Shown: positions 14,697 to 29,903, counted from the first letter of the stretch. The stretch: 64,000 nt of DNA from Eledone cirrhosa (GCA_964016885.1 OZ024743.1:3844001-3908000), one strand, 5' to 3'. Made by a program: numbers and translations. Notes: generated by a model not told the origin, from the letters alone.

Positions 14697-16869
14697 TCTA
14701 TCAACTATTTCCCGTCACAAGGGGTATTTTGTCAGATGTTTTCCACTCTAATTTATAGTGAATTATTATTATAGTTGTCTGATTTGGGACGAAAATATTT
14801 TAAATTTCCCAATGCTTCCTATATCAACTTGACATTTAATAGTCATTGTCTTGCTACTGTTAATTGTGTAGGCCAATACAATCCGTAAGTTGTTGGCTTT
14901 TCGCTGACAATGCTAGCAAATTCACCGGCGAATTTAATCAGGAGACTCAACAGGTACTCAATATTGTGTTTATGTCTATGAACAAAGGCATGTGCATTTA
15001 CATGTGCATGTAAATTTGTGCTGGAGTATAGGAATACAAATACCTAGTTTCTTGTTTGGCACGTAATAAAACCCCTTAAAGAAGAAAACACCCCAAATCG
15101 AATCCCAACTCATGGATATACTTTAATTCTAAAATTCTTATCATAATCAATCATCTTCTTTCCGATGGTGAAATTAAGCTTCAATGGATTAACCCCATCA
15201 CTACTGGTCTTTAAGAATGTCTTCATCCACGTATGTTGGACTTCTCTCAGCTAAACGTAAACTGCTTAAAGCTAGGTACTCGTCTAAAGAAGGTTTTGTA
15301 ACCTTTTGTAAACACGTAAGCGTTTATTCTGAGCATGTGGCCTATTCAACTGAATCACAAGAGTCTTATTTTTAAAAAGAAAAAACATACTTTTGCAACG
15401 CATTCTCCGCTACATCTAGTTTGATGCATTGTTGGACTAGAAGATGGGATAGATTTCCTCAGTCTCATATACGATATTATGAGCCATGCATTAGGACCAA
15501 TTTGATATTTCTGCCACAGAGTCAAATTTTAGTGTTAGCGCTAGATGCTCTAAATATAAGATTGACTTAAGTTTTACAAATGCCCTTAACATTTGGTAAG
15601 TCTCGCTTTGATACCCCTTTTGAATCATTGATATAGCTGAAAAGAGTTCCTAGGGTTGTAAAACCCTCCATTGGCAATGGTAGGTGCAGTGTGGTTTGCG
15701 TTTATGCACCTCACCTGGGCTTTATAGGCATTAGTGTTAAGATCTATGTTTTTTGCATAATTGTTTAGCCTATCAATCTTCACCCGCCCACTTATAAAGA
15801 TTTATCTAATCACTCGTATATTCAACGTCTTCTAAATAAAAGAATTCTGTCCATGGATGCCTCCGAGTTGATCTGATGAGTTTTTATGCATGATCTCGTC
15901 AAATATATCTACGAAGTGGACAGGAAGAAACAGTCCAGTTGCATACCAGATTTCACTGAAATCGTGCAAAAAGCGGCTTCATGGCAAGGATATCGCCGCA
16001 TTCAAATTTGTTATAGAAAAAGGCATTTCAGATTGAAACAGTACAAGTTTACTATTATTCAGCGTCATTCACAACTATGAATTGTAAGTTAACCTACGGC
16101 AAGTCATATCCAAAATTCCTGGTTGTGATATACTTTCAATGACTGGGGAATTGAATGTTAAATTAAGAACTCGAAATAGTATTTACAAAAGTAGTGTCAT
16201 ACTGAAATACGACTGTGCTGTAGTGAACGACAACCGAGAACGTCTTGCTGATGGAAGTACCACTATTCCTCAACAATATCCACATGCTCACACGGCAATT
16301 ACTCCAAGGTAGTTATTTCAATTGGATCGACCATATCTTCTATTCAAAATATCGGCGATCACTTGCATATGTTATTTTTATCTGCGAATCACACTGAGGT
16401 TATTGCTGTATGTAAGGCGCTAACAGAAAGAAGAAAAAAACGCTTTTAAAACTCATTAAAAACCCTTTTAAATGCACGTCTAATTACGTACGATAAATAC
16501 TGTTATGTTTAGCTTTTTTTTTTTGCACTGTTCCCCATCGACTCAGAATGCTTTCGTCACACAGCTTGATTTCGCAGTATTTAGCCGGATTTCACCCTCC
16601 ACTAATTACAATATCATTATCGAATATTTTCGTTTCTTCATAATTTCATTTTCTAGGCAAACACTTTCAAAATGGAGTGGAAGGTGTTTGACTAGAAAAT
16701 GAAATTCGGCTTAATCGAGTTTAAAACAGAAAATGTCTCAACAAACATTTACAAATAATTATATATATTTATATTTTCGAAGAGACAGTTAGACACACAC
16801 ATAGACACACTCACACACACACACTCATCAACACACATCTAAAGAACATGCCCTTAGACACATCCACTG

Positions 16870-16906
<37 letters not shown>

Positions 16907-16994
16907 GAATTGTCAATATACACAAGGGCATACAAAACGCACGCACAACAACACAATCACACATAAAATCCAGCCACAGGTTTCTGGGCAAACA

Positions 16995-17405
16995 TCCGAG
17001 GTACACTCAAGAGGTTTTGAGACTTTTATCAGACAGACATTTATTTAACTCAGATTAACAGAAAACTCTAGTCTCCCTCAAAGCATTATCCACCAACTTC
17101 AATGCATTTGTTATAGTGCTCCAGCCATTTCGGTAAGGCCCCTTTATAGGCCCCCAAAGTGAAGGTGTCCAGGTCACTTGTCACAGCTCCTTTACATCCT
17201 CAAAGCGGATACCTCTGAGCTTCTCCTTCAGCTTCAGGGACATTCAAATGTTGCACTGGGATACGTCTGGACTGTAGTTAAGATGGGGGCAGTCTTGATC
17301 CCCATATTGGCCAAGTAGTTGGTCAGCAGGATGGATTTGAGGCAGGGGGCATTGGACTGCTGTAGGTGCCACTGACCAGACTTGAAGAGTACTGGTCTCT
17401 TGCAA
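16995..17405 (-). mobile_element. Mariner/Tc1 transposase remnant
   Basis: WHLQQSNAP, HLNYSPDVSQC (a YSPDLAP-like motif) and KWLEHYNKCIEVGG. Confidence 0.75.
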
Positions 17406-17483
17406 CGAAATATCTTCGAACATACACATACTCTTAGACACACACACATTTCTCACTCTTAGTACGGCTGATACTTAAATATA

Positions 17484-17618
17484 AGTATGTATGCGTACAT
17501 ACATATATGTATACAGACGTACAGTAGTATGTATGCGTACATACATATATGTATACAGACGTACAGTAGTATGTATGCGTACATACATATATGTATACAG
17601 ACGTACAGTAGTATGTAT
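17484..17618. repeat. 42-bp minisatellite, about 3.2 copies
   Basis: agtatgtatgcgtacatacatatatgtatacagacgtacagt repeated exactly. Confidence 0.92.
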
Positions 17619-17747
17619 GAAATGGGGTAATTTATGGGAATAATATCATTATATATTTATAAGATATAAATATTTTTTTATAAGAATATACGTATGCATG
17701 ATTTTTTTACATTTAGTATGATTCAGTATGTATGAATATATATATGT

Positions 17748-17789
<42 letters not shown>

Positions 17790-17791
<2 letters not shown>

Positions 17792-19152
17792 AGAGTATTG
17801 AAGTTTGCTTGAAGCATTGTGGAACAATAAGTAAATATCTTTAAGTCGTTTGGAAGCCTCGACAATGCAAATGGGTAAATCTCCGGGTAACAAGGTCCGG
17901 TGGTGGAGAGAGAGATGTAAGTGGGTGTACGTTGAGAAGCGTGGTGTGTATAAGATGTGTGAGATGTGTAGAATGAAGGGAAGAGTATAAAGGATAAAAT
18001 TAAAATAACAACACAAGAGAGAGTTACCTTGGGAGAGATTTAATAGTCCCTATATATTTCGGATTCACATCCATCAACTGGGGTTTTTTCCGGGGTGGCG
18101 GAAAAGGTTGTCTGTCGGACAAGTCCGGAACGCGTCCTTCGCTGTTTGTTGTTTTGAATATCTGAGGTATTCGGCCGAGCGCGCGTTCGCGTGAAATGGG
18201 GTCGGTCGTACAGACCGCACATACGTCGTGTATAAGATAGAATGTGACAGGTGCAACCAATACTACATAGGTAGCATAATTCGACCTTTGCACATCCGGA
18301 TCAAGGAACACACTAAAACCAGGGCCTCGTCTTTCCGTAAACACATAGACAAATGCGGAAACAAAGACGGAAGGCCCATTGTCACAATTCTAGCGACTGA
18401 AAGAAACGTCGGCACGTTACGTATCAAGGAAGCGCTTTTTATCAAACGTCTGCAACCGCAAATAAACAACCGATCAGAGAGAAGCGAAATGAGATGGCTG
18501 GTTTAAGTTAACAAGCGATGCAACAACACACAACACACGCACACACACACGCAAACGAGACAACTAGACACACACACGCACACACACACAGTAGCATTCC
18601 ACCATACGAACATAATACACTGCCAATACAGAGGAACAAGGCAACAACACACGCACACACACACACTCAAGCGAAACAACAACACACGCACACGCACACA
18701 CAGTAACATTTAACAAACAGGCAGAGAATGGACTGACAGCTAGCGCCATCCCACTCCCTCATTCGGCCGCTGACCTCTGTACGACCAACCCCATTTCACG
18801 CGCACGCGCGCTCGGCCGAATACCTCAGATATTCAAAACAACAAACAGTGAAGGACGCGTTCCGGACTTGTCCGACACACAACCTTTTCCCCCACCCCGG
18901 AATAAACCCCAGTTGATGGATGTGAATCCGAAATATATAGGGACTATTAAATCTCTCCAAAGGTAACTCTCTTGTGTTGTTATTTTAATTTTATCCTTTA
19001 TACTCTTCCCTTCATTCTACACATCTCACACATCTTATACACACCATGCTTCTCAACGTACACCCACTTACATCTCTCTCTCTCCACCACCGGACCTTGT
19101 TACCCGGAGATTTACCCATTTGCATTGTCGAGGCTTCCAAACGACTTAAATA

Positions 19153-19158
<6 letters not shown>
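17790..19158 (+). mobile_element. PLE remnant: GIY-YIG fragment (18215-18506) flanked by inverted pseudo-LTRs (17832-18214 / 18776-19158)
   Basis: VYKIECDRCNQYYIG...IRIKEH...IKEALFI...PQIN. Arms of ~380 bp are reverse complements. (TA)n on both sides. Confidence 0.9.
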
Positions 19159-19231
<73 letters not shown>

Positions 19232-19235
19232 TAAT

Positions 19236-19631
19236 TTAATAAAAGGAATTCCAACTTTGTCTGATTTACTCGTTTTATTTATTTATTTACAATTCTTTAA
19301 AATTATAATGATATTATAATGAAATAGAATGGTGGAATATTAAATGTTAAGTGTTAATTGAACAAGCATTTCATGCTTTCGCAATCTTCACGTTCATATT
19401 CTGTGGTGACAGTCAAGTTTGCAATTTTAAACTGTCGAAAATTGCAAACTTAACTGTCACCACAAACTTTGAACCTGAAGATTGCGAAAGCATGAAAGTA
19501 CTTGTTCAATTAACACTTAACATTTAATATTCCACCATACTATTTCATTATAATATCATTATAATTTTAAAGGATTGTAAATAAATAAATAAAACGAGTA
19601 AATCAGACAAAGTTGGAATTCCTTTTATTAA
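19236..19631. repeat. Fold-back inverted repeat (~190-bp arms, ~10-bp loop)
   Basis: ttaataaaaggaattcc... pairs with ...ggaattccttttattaa. Loop near 19430. Confidence 0.92.
19469..19509 (+). ncRNA. Minimal type I hammerhead ribozyme
   Basis: UUGAAC-CUGAAGA-u-UGC gaaa GCA-u-GAAA-G ua C-UU-GUUCAA with palindromic AGUACU stem III. A damaged mirror copy lies at ~19357-19396. Confidence 0.8.
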
Positions 19632-19670
19632 TATAATCTTCTATACATAATCATACACACACCCGTGTAT

Positions 19671-19729
<59 letters not shown>

Positions 19730-19813
19730 GGTGTCGAATGGTAGCTAAGATGCTTCCATAGGCGGTATGCCGGTTGAGCACTCTCTGCTCTTACAGGGCA
19801 GAGTATGATATAA

Positions 19814-20116
19814 TATAAAACGAAAAATCAGTGATGCATCTGAACTCATTTATTGTGTGTTACAATTGTTTCGTCGGCGGACAGCTCGAGACGCCATCAT
19901 TGTGTGGATCTGTCTGATTCTGGACCCCATGTTCGACGGACACGTCTAATGATTTGGCAGCATATTCTTCCACTGGGAAGAATATCATTAGACGTGTCCA
20001 TCGAACCTGCAGGTCCAGAATCAGACAGATCCACACAATGATGGCGTCTCGAGCTGTCCGCCGGCGAAACAATTGTAACACACAATAAATGAGTTCTGAT
20101 GCATCACTGATTTTTC

Positions 20117-20124
<8 letters not shown>
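19814..20124. repeat. Fold-back inverted repeat (~140-bp arms)
   Basis: tataaaacgaaaaatcagtgatgc... pairs with ...gcatcactgatttttcgttttata. The same peptide appears on both strands in the ORF track. Confidence 0.92.
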
Positions 20125-20164
<40 letters not shown>

Positions 20165-21260
20165 TACATACTGAATCATACTAAATGTAAAAAATCATGC
20201 ATACGTATATTTTTATAAAGAAATACTTATATCTTATAAATATATAATGATATTATTCACGTAAAGTACCCCATTTCAAATGTGTGAAAACGACATGTGT
20301 AACTTTCGATTGATGTGTATCCATTAAAGTGACATTTTATCTTAATGGATGTTCAATCATTATACCTAATGCGGTTTTTCGTTTATCGTCAAAAGCACAT
20401 TCCATTTACTTTTTTAAAATGAACTCCTAAAATATAAGGTAAAAGTGTTTGTTTTGTTTTGGTTTTCATATTTTACTATACTTTATTTTCACTTTTCTAT
20501 TTCTTCTAATTTGTTTTCTATCAGCTTTCCTAATTCAATCTTAACCACACATTTCCCAATGCTTCATATAAACTGTACTACTTTGTTCTCATGACACCTG
20601 AACCAGACTGTATATACTATCATGTTAAAGCACACATACACATACCCCCCCCCCCACACATCCACACCCACACCCATACACACAAACACACACACACACA
20701 CACACATACACACATGCATATACACACACACAGACATATATATGTAAAATGGTGTAAAACAGAACAAAGAGGAGACTTAAAGTAACAAAAGTAGTTACTG
20801 AAGAGGTCACACAATGTGTGTTGAAAAAACCTTGATAATCAACAACTAAACAAGCACCCGGTTTCAAAACTAACCGACTGGGAAATTAAAATAATTAATT
20901 GAAGTGAAACTCGTCATATTGGCAGCATGAACCTCCCAAAGTATAACAATATCTGTTTCAACAAACTTTTTTTATATAAAAAGTTTGCAAAACAAATACA
21001 AAACGATATACATATATCTCAAGCCAAAATCTCGATTTACTTCCAATATTCGTTGTTGCAATGTTTTGTAATAATGAATATTGTTTCTTTATTAACGAGT
21101 AAAATCGACTTATTTTAGTCGGTCTCGTTTGTATCCCACCAAATCGAGATTTTTGATTAAGTTTAATGTTAAATTACTTCTGGATATTTGATAATTTATC
21201 TGTATATTTTATACTTTTGTTGAGATGTCTAAATATTAGAGACAAATAGCTTTTCAATTG

Positions 21261-21324
<64 letters not shown>

Positions 21325-21458
21325 TAAATATTGTTGTCTCTGATCGAGACGAAGCAAGAGTATATTTTAAAGAACTGACTCTAATTAAATTTTACTCCTC
21401 TAACTTCTACTTCATGCCTAATTGTTTGTTTTCCCTAGTACTATACCTTTATATATAT

Positions 21459-21587
<129 letters not shown>

Positions 21588-21629
21588 TATATAAATATAT
21601 ACCTATATATATATATACATATATATATA

Positions 21630-23338
21630 TTTATTAAAATAACAGATTAAAGTTTAAGCAAAGAATCGCTGAAAACAAATAACGAAACGGAATTAAATTT
21701 TGTTTCGTTTGTAACTCACTTTTGTATGACTGACGCTTAAACAATTAAGTTAAAAATGTACATCCACATATGTATACTGAAATACTAGTATGCATATGAT
21801 TACACACACGTATACATATGTAGATGTACCGAGTTTTTCACTGGTCACTTTACTGTGAGTGTCCAGCTATTCTGTATGTAAACACACAGACAAACCGGTT
21901 TTTAGAGTCATACAGGTTTTTGAGGAAACACCTTTCCTCTATTCTCAGAAAGCCAGACAAGGAATATTGAACTAGTTTCGATGTTGTTACATCTCATCAG
22001 CAATATTTACCTATCTTCCGGCCTCTCTAGATATCTTCTGAAACTAACAAAGTCAATCTGTAAACGCAGAACTGGATATTTCAAAAAACGTTGCAACCGG
22101 AGGAAAACAGGAAGACGATACTTTGGTTCGTGGAAACGTTCGCTGGCAAAGAACGGGAAAAAACGAATAATACGTCATTAATAGGAGCGGTGAAAAACAA
22201 TTACGCGCAAAGACAGAACCACGTTTATGGTATAAAAGAGGTCGTAGACTAATGTTCTCTTAGGTGGTGCATAGAAACGTTCTCTGGCAATGAATGAAAA
22301 AACGAAGATAATAAGTCATATGTGGAGCGTTGAGAACAATAGCACGCAAAGACAAAACCACGTAAATGGTATTGCAGACGTCGTAGACTAAAATTCTAAA
22401 TAGGAGACCAAATGAATCTCCGCTACAGAGTTAAGAACAAAGTAAATAAATACAATACATAAGTAATAGAAATAAATAAATACATACACGCAAACAAATA
22501 CGTACAATCGCAAGCATACGCAAAACCTTACCATAGGTATACAAAACCACGCACATATAAATATGTGTGTGTGTGTGTGTATGCTTGTGTACAAATAAAT
22601 AAATAATTATATAAACGTATATAAGTAAATAAATACGTATATAACAAGCGCACACACATACCTACATATAAATACACGAATGTTCGGAGACGTAAGTCAA
22701 CTAAAACAAGAAGTACACATATACACACACCCACCGTACGTACGAACCTTCATACTCACGCAGACGCAAAACTCCCGTATACACATAGCCAAACCATAAA
22801 TACCCGAATATATAAAAATTATACGCCATAACAATCAAATATACGTACGAGAAGGTATACATACCTTCACAAAACATACGGGTAATATATACTTACCTAT
22901 GCAAATAAGTAAAGGAATAAACAAAACATATACTTAGCTCCCACATCAAGACGTAAAATATCCACGTATAGATCGTACTATCCGTTAGGGTATAACGTGG
23001 GGCTGTAATACAGGAAAGTTTTGTGCAATTTATGTTTACAAGCCGAAATTGCCTCAGATTTTTTGTTTAAGATGTGTTCTGTGGCGTAGTGTATTTCCAG
23101 GGCCTCAGCGGCGCAAAGGTCACATGGTCTTTTATTTCCGTTATACGATCTAGCCCTAGCTAGGATCTCCCAGTGTAACTTATATTGGGTGTGGTTGTCT
23201 TTTAGACTCCAGATATAAGCTGAAAGTGACGTCATATTCCTTCTTAGAGGGTAACGAAAAGAATGGGTATGCAAGTAAAGACGCTGCTTGAAACTATTGG
23301 CGGTTAACCCTATGTAGGCCCTACGGGACGTGGGTGTT
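21630..23338 (-). mobile_element. 5'-truncated PLE: GIY-YIG 3' end plus long 3' region containing a partial 465-bp monomer, ending aataaa(TA)n
   Basis: ORF 22978-23274 (SLSAYIWSLK...CDLC...ILNKKSE...CKH) is near-identical to the C-terminus of ORF 56770-57594. Segment 21672-22026 matches the array unit. Confidence 0.88.
21963..22007 (-). ncRNA. Minimal type I hammerhead ribozyme, solo copy with compensatory stem II
   Basis: AAUAUUG-CUGAUGA-GAUGU aaca ACAUC-GAAA-CUAG-UU-CAAUAUU. The U-A pair of the array copies is A-U here. Confidence 0.93.
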
Positions 23339-23445
23339 TGCTCTACGGTTCTTATATATTTGATATATATTTATCCTTATCGAGCCCTCTTTGGATTTTA
23401 GTCTTCAATTTTATTATTATTACTATACATATATATATATATATA

Positions 23446-23540
<95 letters not shown>

Positions 23541-23560
23541 TGATTATCTGTATATATATA

Positions 23561-23637
<77 letters not shown>

Positions 23638-23641
<4 letters not shown>

Positions 23642-23719
23642 AAAAATTGAACGGGAACAAAACAGAGAGGCAGTACGAACAAAGGTTTATTAGTTTCACG
23701 CCCTTTAGAGTGGGGTGGT

Positions 23720-23781
<62 letters not shown>

Positions 23782-25392
23782 TAACAGATATTAAAGTTTA
23801 AGCAAAGAATCTGTTATTTTAATAAATACGTGATCTAGGGTTCTTATATATTTGATATATATTTATCCTTATCGAGCTCTTTTTGGATTTTAGTCTCCAA
23901 ATTTATTATTATTACTATATATATATATGTTTATCTCGGGCTCAATCGGGGGTAACGACAGTAAGTAAGACAAAGCAGAGTATAAATATTTAATATAGAA
24001 AGGCTTCTACAAGACTAGAACTAGGGCTTCCCGATGATTTCTCCCGAAGTCTTTCTATATTAAATATATATATATATATATATGGAAAGTTATATTTAAA
24101 TTGTTGGGTTACAACTAGTAAATATTTATAACTGATATAAAAGCACTCGACAAGTATTTGGAGTATATTTACGATATTAAATAAATGGAAACTATATTTA
24201 TAAAACCATATTTATTTCATTATATATATTTCAGGGATATCATATTAACAATATGCTATGCCTTCCTCAGACAAAATACAATATAAACAGTTTTATAGAT
24301 AAATAGATTTGACATACCGTACAACATCGACTATATTGAAAATATCAGTATTCAGGAAGTATCTCATTCAGGAATACTGATATTTTCAATATAGTGCCTG
24401 GTTTTTATACATATTAATACTTCTACATTAAAACATAGGGTTTTTATGCCTCGCCTATGTTTGGTTACTTTTCATTTTTCTCTCTATATAACAGCTGGTT
24501 TCTCTCCTAACCACATATATCTCCCTTACATTAATACTAGAGCTAAATAAATAAATAAATAAATAAATGTATCATTGATACGTTTACTCAACGGATGTCC
24601 AACTACATATTTTTCTATATATATATCTATCTCTATCTATTTCCTCTCTCTATATATATCTCTCTCTGTTTCTTTACATGAAGTTCTTCTCTTTATCTAT
24701 CTTTCCATCTCTCTCTTTTTTGTTCCATGCATTTCTTCTTTTTCTTCTTTTTCTTCGTTTTCTGTCTTTCTTTCCTTTTTTTCTCTCTTTCTTTCTTTCT
24801 GTTTACAATTTTTTCACTGCCAATTCAACTTTTCAAATACAAGTCGATGTTGTACGGTATGTCAAATCTATTTATCTATAAAACTGTTTATATTGTATTT
24901 TGTCTGAGGAAGGCATAGCATATTGTTAATATGATATCCCTGTAATATATATAATGAAATAAATATGGTTTTATAAATATAGTTTCCATTTATTTAATAT
25001 CGTAAATATACTCCAAATACTTGTCGAGTGCTTTTATATCAGTTATAAATATTTACTAATTGTAACCCAACAATTTAAATATAACTTTCCATATATATAT
25101 ATATATATATTTAATATAGAAAGACTTCGGGAGAAATCACCGGGAAGCCCTAGTTCTAGTCTTGTAGAAGCCTTTCTATATTAAATATTTATACTCTGCT
25201 TTGTCTTACTTACTGTCGTTACCCCCGATTGAGCCCGAGATAAACATATATATATATAGTAATAATAATAAATTTGGAGACTAAAATCCAAAAAGAGCTC
25301 GATAAGGATAAATATATATCAAATATATAAGAACCCTAGATCACGTATTTATTAAAATAACAGATTCTTTGCTTAAACTTTAATATCTGTTA

Positions 25393-25468
<76 letters not shown>

Positions 25469-25546
25469 ACCACCCCACTCTAAAGGGCGTGAAACTAATA
25501 AACCTTTGTTCGTACTGCCTCTCTGTTTTGTTCCCGTTCAATTTTT

Positions 25547-25550
<4 letters not shown>
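23638..25550. repeat. Large inverted duplication (arms 23638-24331 / 24842-25550)
   Basis: Arms of ~700 bp are near-identical reverse complements, including internal (TA)n tracts of different length. Confidence 0.93.
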
Positions 25551-25644
<94 letters not shown>

Positions 25645-25645
<1 letters not shown>

Positions 25646-25970
25646 AAAATGTTCGCTCTATATGGCTGAATACAATAAATATTATCTGAGGTTTTCAAAT
25701 ATTAATAATTGTTTCTACGTTAGGCACAAGGCCAGCAAATACCCAGTGTATTACTGGTACTTTATTTTATCGACCCCGTATGGATGAAAGGCAAAGTCGA
25801 TTCGTTTGCAATTATGCAAACAAGCCTCAATTCTACTGGTTCATTCTACTGACAGGGCTAAAACATTGAGGCTTGTTTGCATAATTGCGAACGAATCGAA
25901 TGTTATTATTAATATTCGAAAAACTCAGATTACATTTATTGTATTCATCCATGTAGAGCGAACATTTTCT
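25645..25970. repeat. Older fold-back repeat with a SINE fragment inserted in the left arm
   Basis: aagaaaatgttcgctcta / tagagcgaacattttctt and gattcgtttgcaattatgcaaacaagcctcaat / attgaggcttgtttgcataattgcgaacgaatc. Confidence 0.8.
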
Positions 25971-26372
25971 TTTTTATTTGAATTTGGCAAAGCCGGCCAT
26001 TCATCGCTCGTATACAGGAAACTGACTGGCCAGTCTGCTGATATACAAATCTGGCTGATCAATGGATCTACTAATATGTAGATCTGACTGATCAACCAGT
26101 CTGCTAATATGCAAATTAGGCCGATCAGTCAATGTGTATTTTTGAAAATAGCATATATTTTCAGTAGCTCTGACAGTTTGGCAGGTGAACAGTGAGCTGT
26201 ACTGATGAAGGGTGATACCCAGAAACATTAGTGTCTGCAGTTCTGTTCACATGCCAACACACAAGAGCAAGAATGAAGGGTTCATTCTACTGACATGGCT
26301 ATAAAATTGAGGCTTGTTTGCATAATTGCAAACTAATCGAATGTTATTAATATTCGAAAAACTCAGATTATA

Positions 26373-26431
<59 letters not shown>

Positions 26432-26439
<8 letters not shown>

Positions 26440-26782
26440 ATACTTTGGGAGGGTCATGTTGCCAATAAGAAACATACGCACCAGTTGCTTTCACTTCAAT
26501 TTATTATATATTTATAAATTTATAAATCTACAAATCTACAAACTTATAAATTTCCGGTTGGTTGGTTGGTTCCACAACCAGATAGTTGTTTATATATAGT
26601 CATAGTCCTTTCGTCACACACTCTGTGACCTCTTCAGTGACTGGGGATTCCTTTCTTTGTTTCTGTGCCTTTCCTTTCTTCTGTCCTACGCCATTTTGTT
26701 TCTGTGTGTGTGTTGTGTGCTCAGTTTGCGCATGCGCCACATCCGGGTGTCTGTGTGTGTTTGTGTTCATTTATCTATTTGT

Positions 26783-26813
<31 letters not shown>

Positions 26814-27509
26814 CCTTCAAGAAAATAAAGAATCATCTGTGCTCTACCAACATGCTAAGATAGAGCACAAGGGTAAATTAGAGAACATAGAAATAAAAAT
26901 AGAATCCGCACACAGAAAAGATGCAATGTTTAGGCAAATTACAGAGGCAGTAAGCATAAAAGAATTACAACCAAAATTAAATAGAAAATATGAGTGGAAC
27001 AGCAACATCACAACTTACAATTAAGGACAAAATGAAAACACACACACACATAGAACAAACAACCAACCAACAACATGTAAATAAATAAATAAATAAATAA
27101 ATAAACAAATAGATAAATGAACACAAACACACACAGACACCCGGATGTGGCGCATGCGCAAACTGAGCACACAACACACACACAGAAACAAAATGGCGTA
27201 GGACAGAAGAAAGGAAAGGCACAGAAACAAAGAAAGGAATCCCCAGTCACTGAAGAGGTCACAAAGTGTGTGACGAAAGGACTATGACTATATATAAACA
27301 ACTATCTGGTTGTGGAACCAACCAACCAACCAGAAATTTATAAGTTTGTAGATTTGTAGATTTATAAATTTATAAATATATAATAAATTGAAGTGAAAGC
27401 AACTGGTGCGTGTGTTTCTTATTGGCAACATGACCCTCCCAAAGTATAACAATATCGGTTTCAACACACGATTTCAGATAAAGAATCTTGCTAAACAAAT
27501 TCAGAAACG

Positions 27510-27512
<3 letters not shown>
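26432..27512 (+). mobile_element. PLE remnant: GIY-YIG C-terminus (26820-27024) between inverted pseudo-LTRs (26432-26812 / 27078-27455)
   Basis: Peptide SVLYQH...RQITEAVSI...PKLNRKYEW. Near-identical inverted arms with (TA)n flanks. Related copies at 20565-21000 and 37056-37310. Confidence 0.85.
27245..27289 (+). ncRNA. Minimal hammerhead-like ribozyme (mirror copy 26598-26642 minus; relative 37074-37116 minus)
   Basis: AGUCA-CUGAAGA-g-GUCACA aagug UGUGAC-GAAA-G ga C-UA-UGACU. The 37-kb relative has CUGAUGA and a CUU triplet. One extra G precedes stem II. Confidence 0.78.
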
Positions 27513-27570
<58 letters not shown>

Positions 27571-28297
27571 GAGAGCGAGAGAGAATCGTAATCACAGATA
27601 CTTCGTGACATATATGCACGTACGTGTGTGTGTGTGTGAATGTTTGAGTAAGTATGGGCAATCACATTTCTTATTTCATTAGAATTTGTATTGCTTCACC
27701 TGTTTTCAAATGGTGGTTATGTACTTTGCCTTCAGAATTCTTTCCCGGTGGCTAACACGATATATCATTAAAGTACATAGAGTATTGTGTTTACTTTTAA
27801 TTCAATTTTGCTCAGAAGGTTAAGCTGAGCAAACGTTTTACCAGTACAGTGTCTCTTTTTATTTCAGCACTGTTAGCATTTAAATGTGTTCTCATTATGG
27901 TCTTCTGTCATCAATAGCTATAAATCCATATAGGTAATTTATTGAAGGTTCTGTCATAGTTGTCAAACTTCCTATGTTAGATTCCTATATTCAACTGTAC
28001 GTAATGAATATAGAATGATTTGCAGCAAGAAATTTCAATGTTTTATGCGATTACACTTTAAATCCTTACACTAGTGTTAACGTGAACATCAGAGGTTTCT
28101 CAATCCGCTAAATTAGTTTCCTCAATTGTTTAAAGAAAGCGCGCAAGAAGTTAAATTAAATTATATCTGTTTAGATACCCTAGAAGTTTAGACACGAAAA
28201 TTGTTTAAAATACGTACTCCCCCCCCACCTCACACAAACATACACACACATATGCATATATGAATATATATATATATATACATATATACACACACAC

Positions 28298-28398
<101 letters not shown>

Positions 28399-28410
28399 TA
28401 TATATATATA

Positions 28411-29903
<1,493 letters not shown>

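Noticed and set aside
20030-20085. Hammerhead or SECIS in the 19.8-20.1 kb hairpin arm
   Set aside because: Only the GAAACAAUUGUA 3' half is present, with no CUGANGA core or stem I. The SECIS quartet is out of register.
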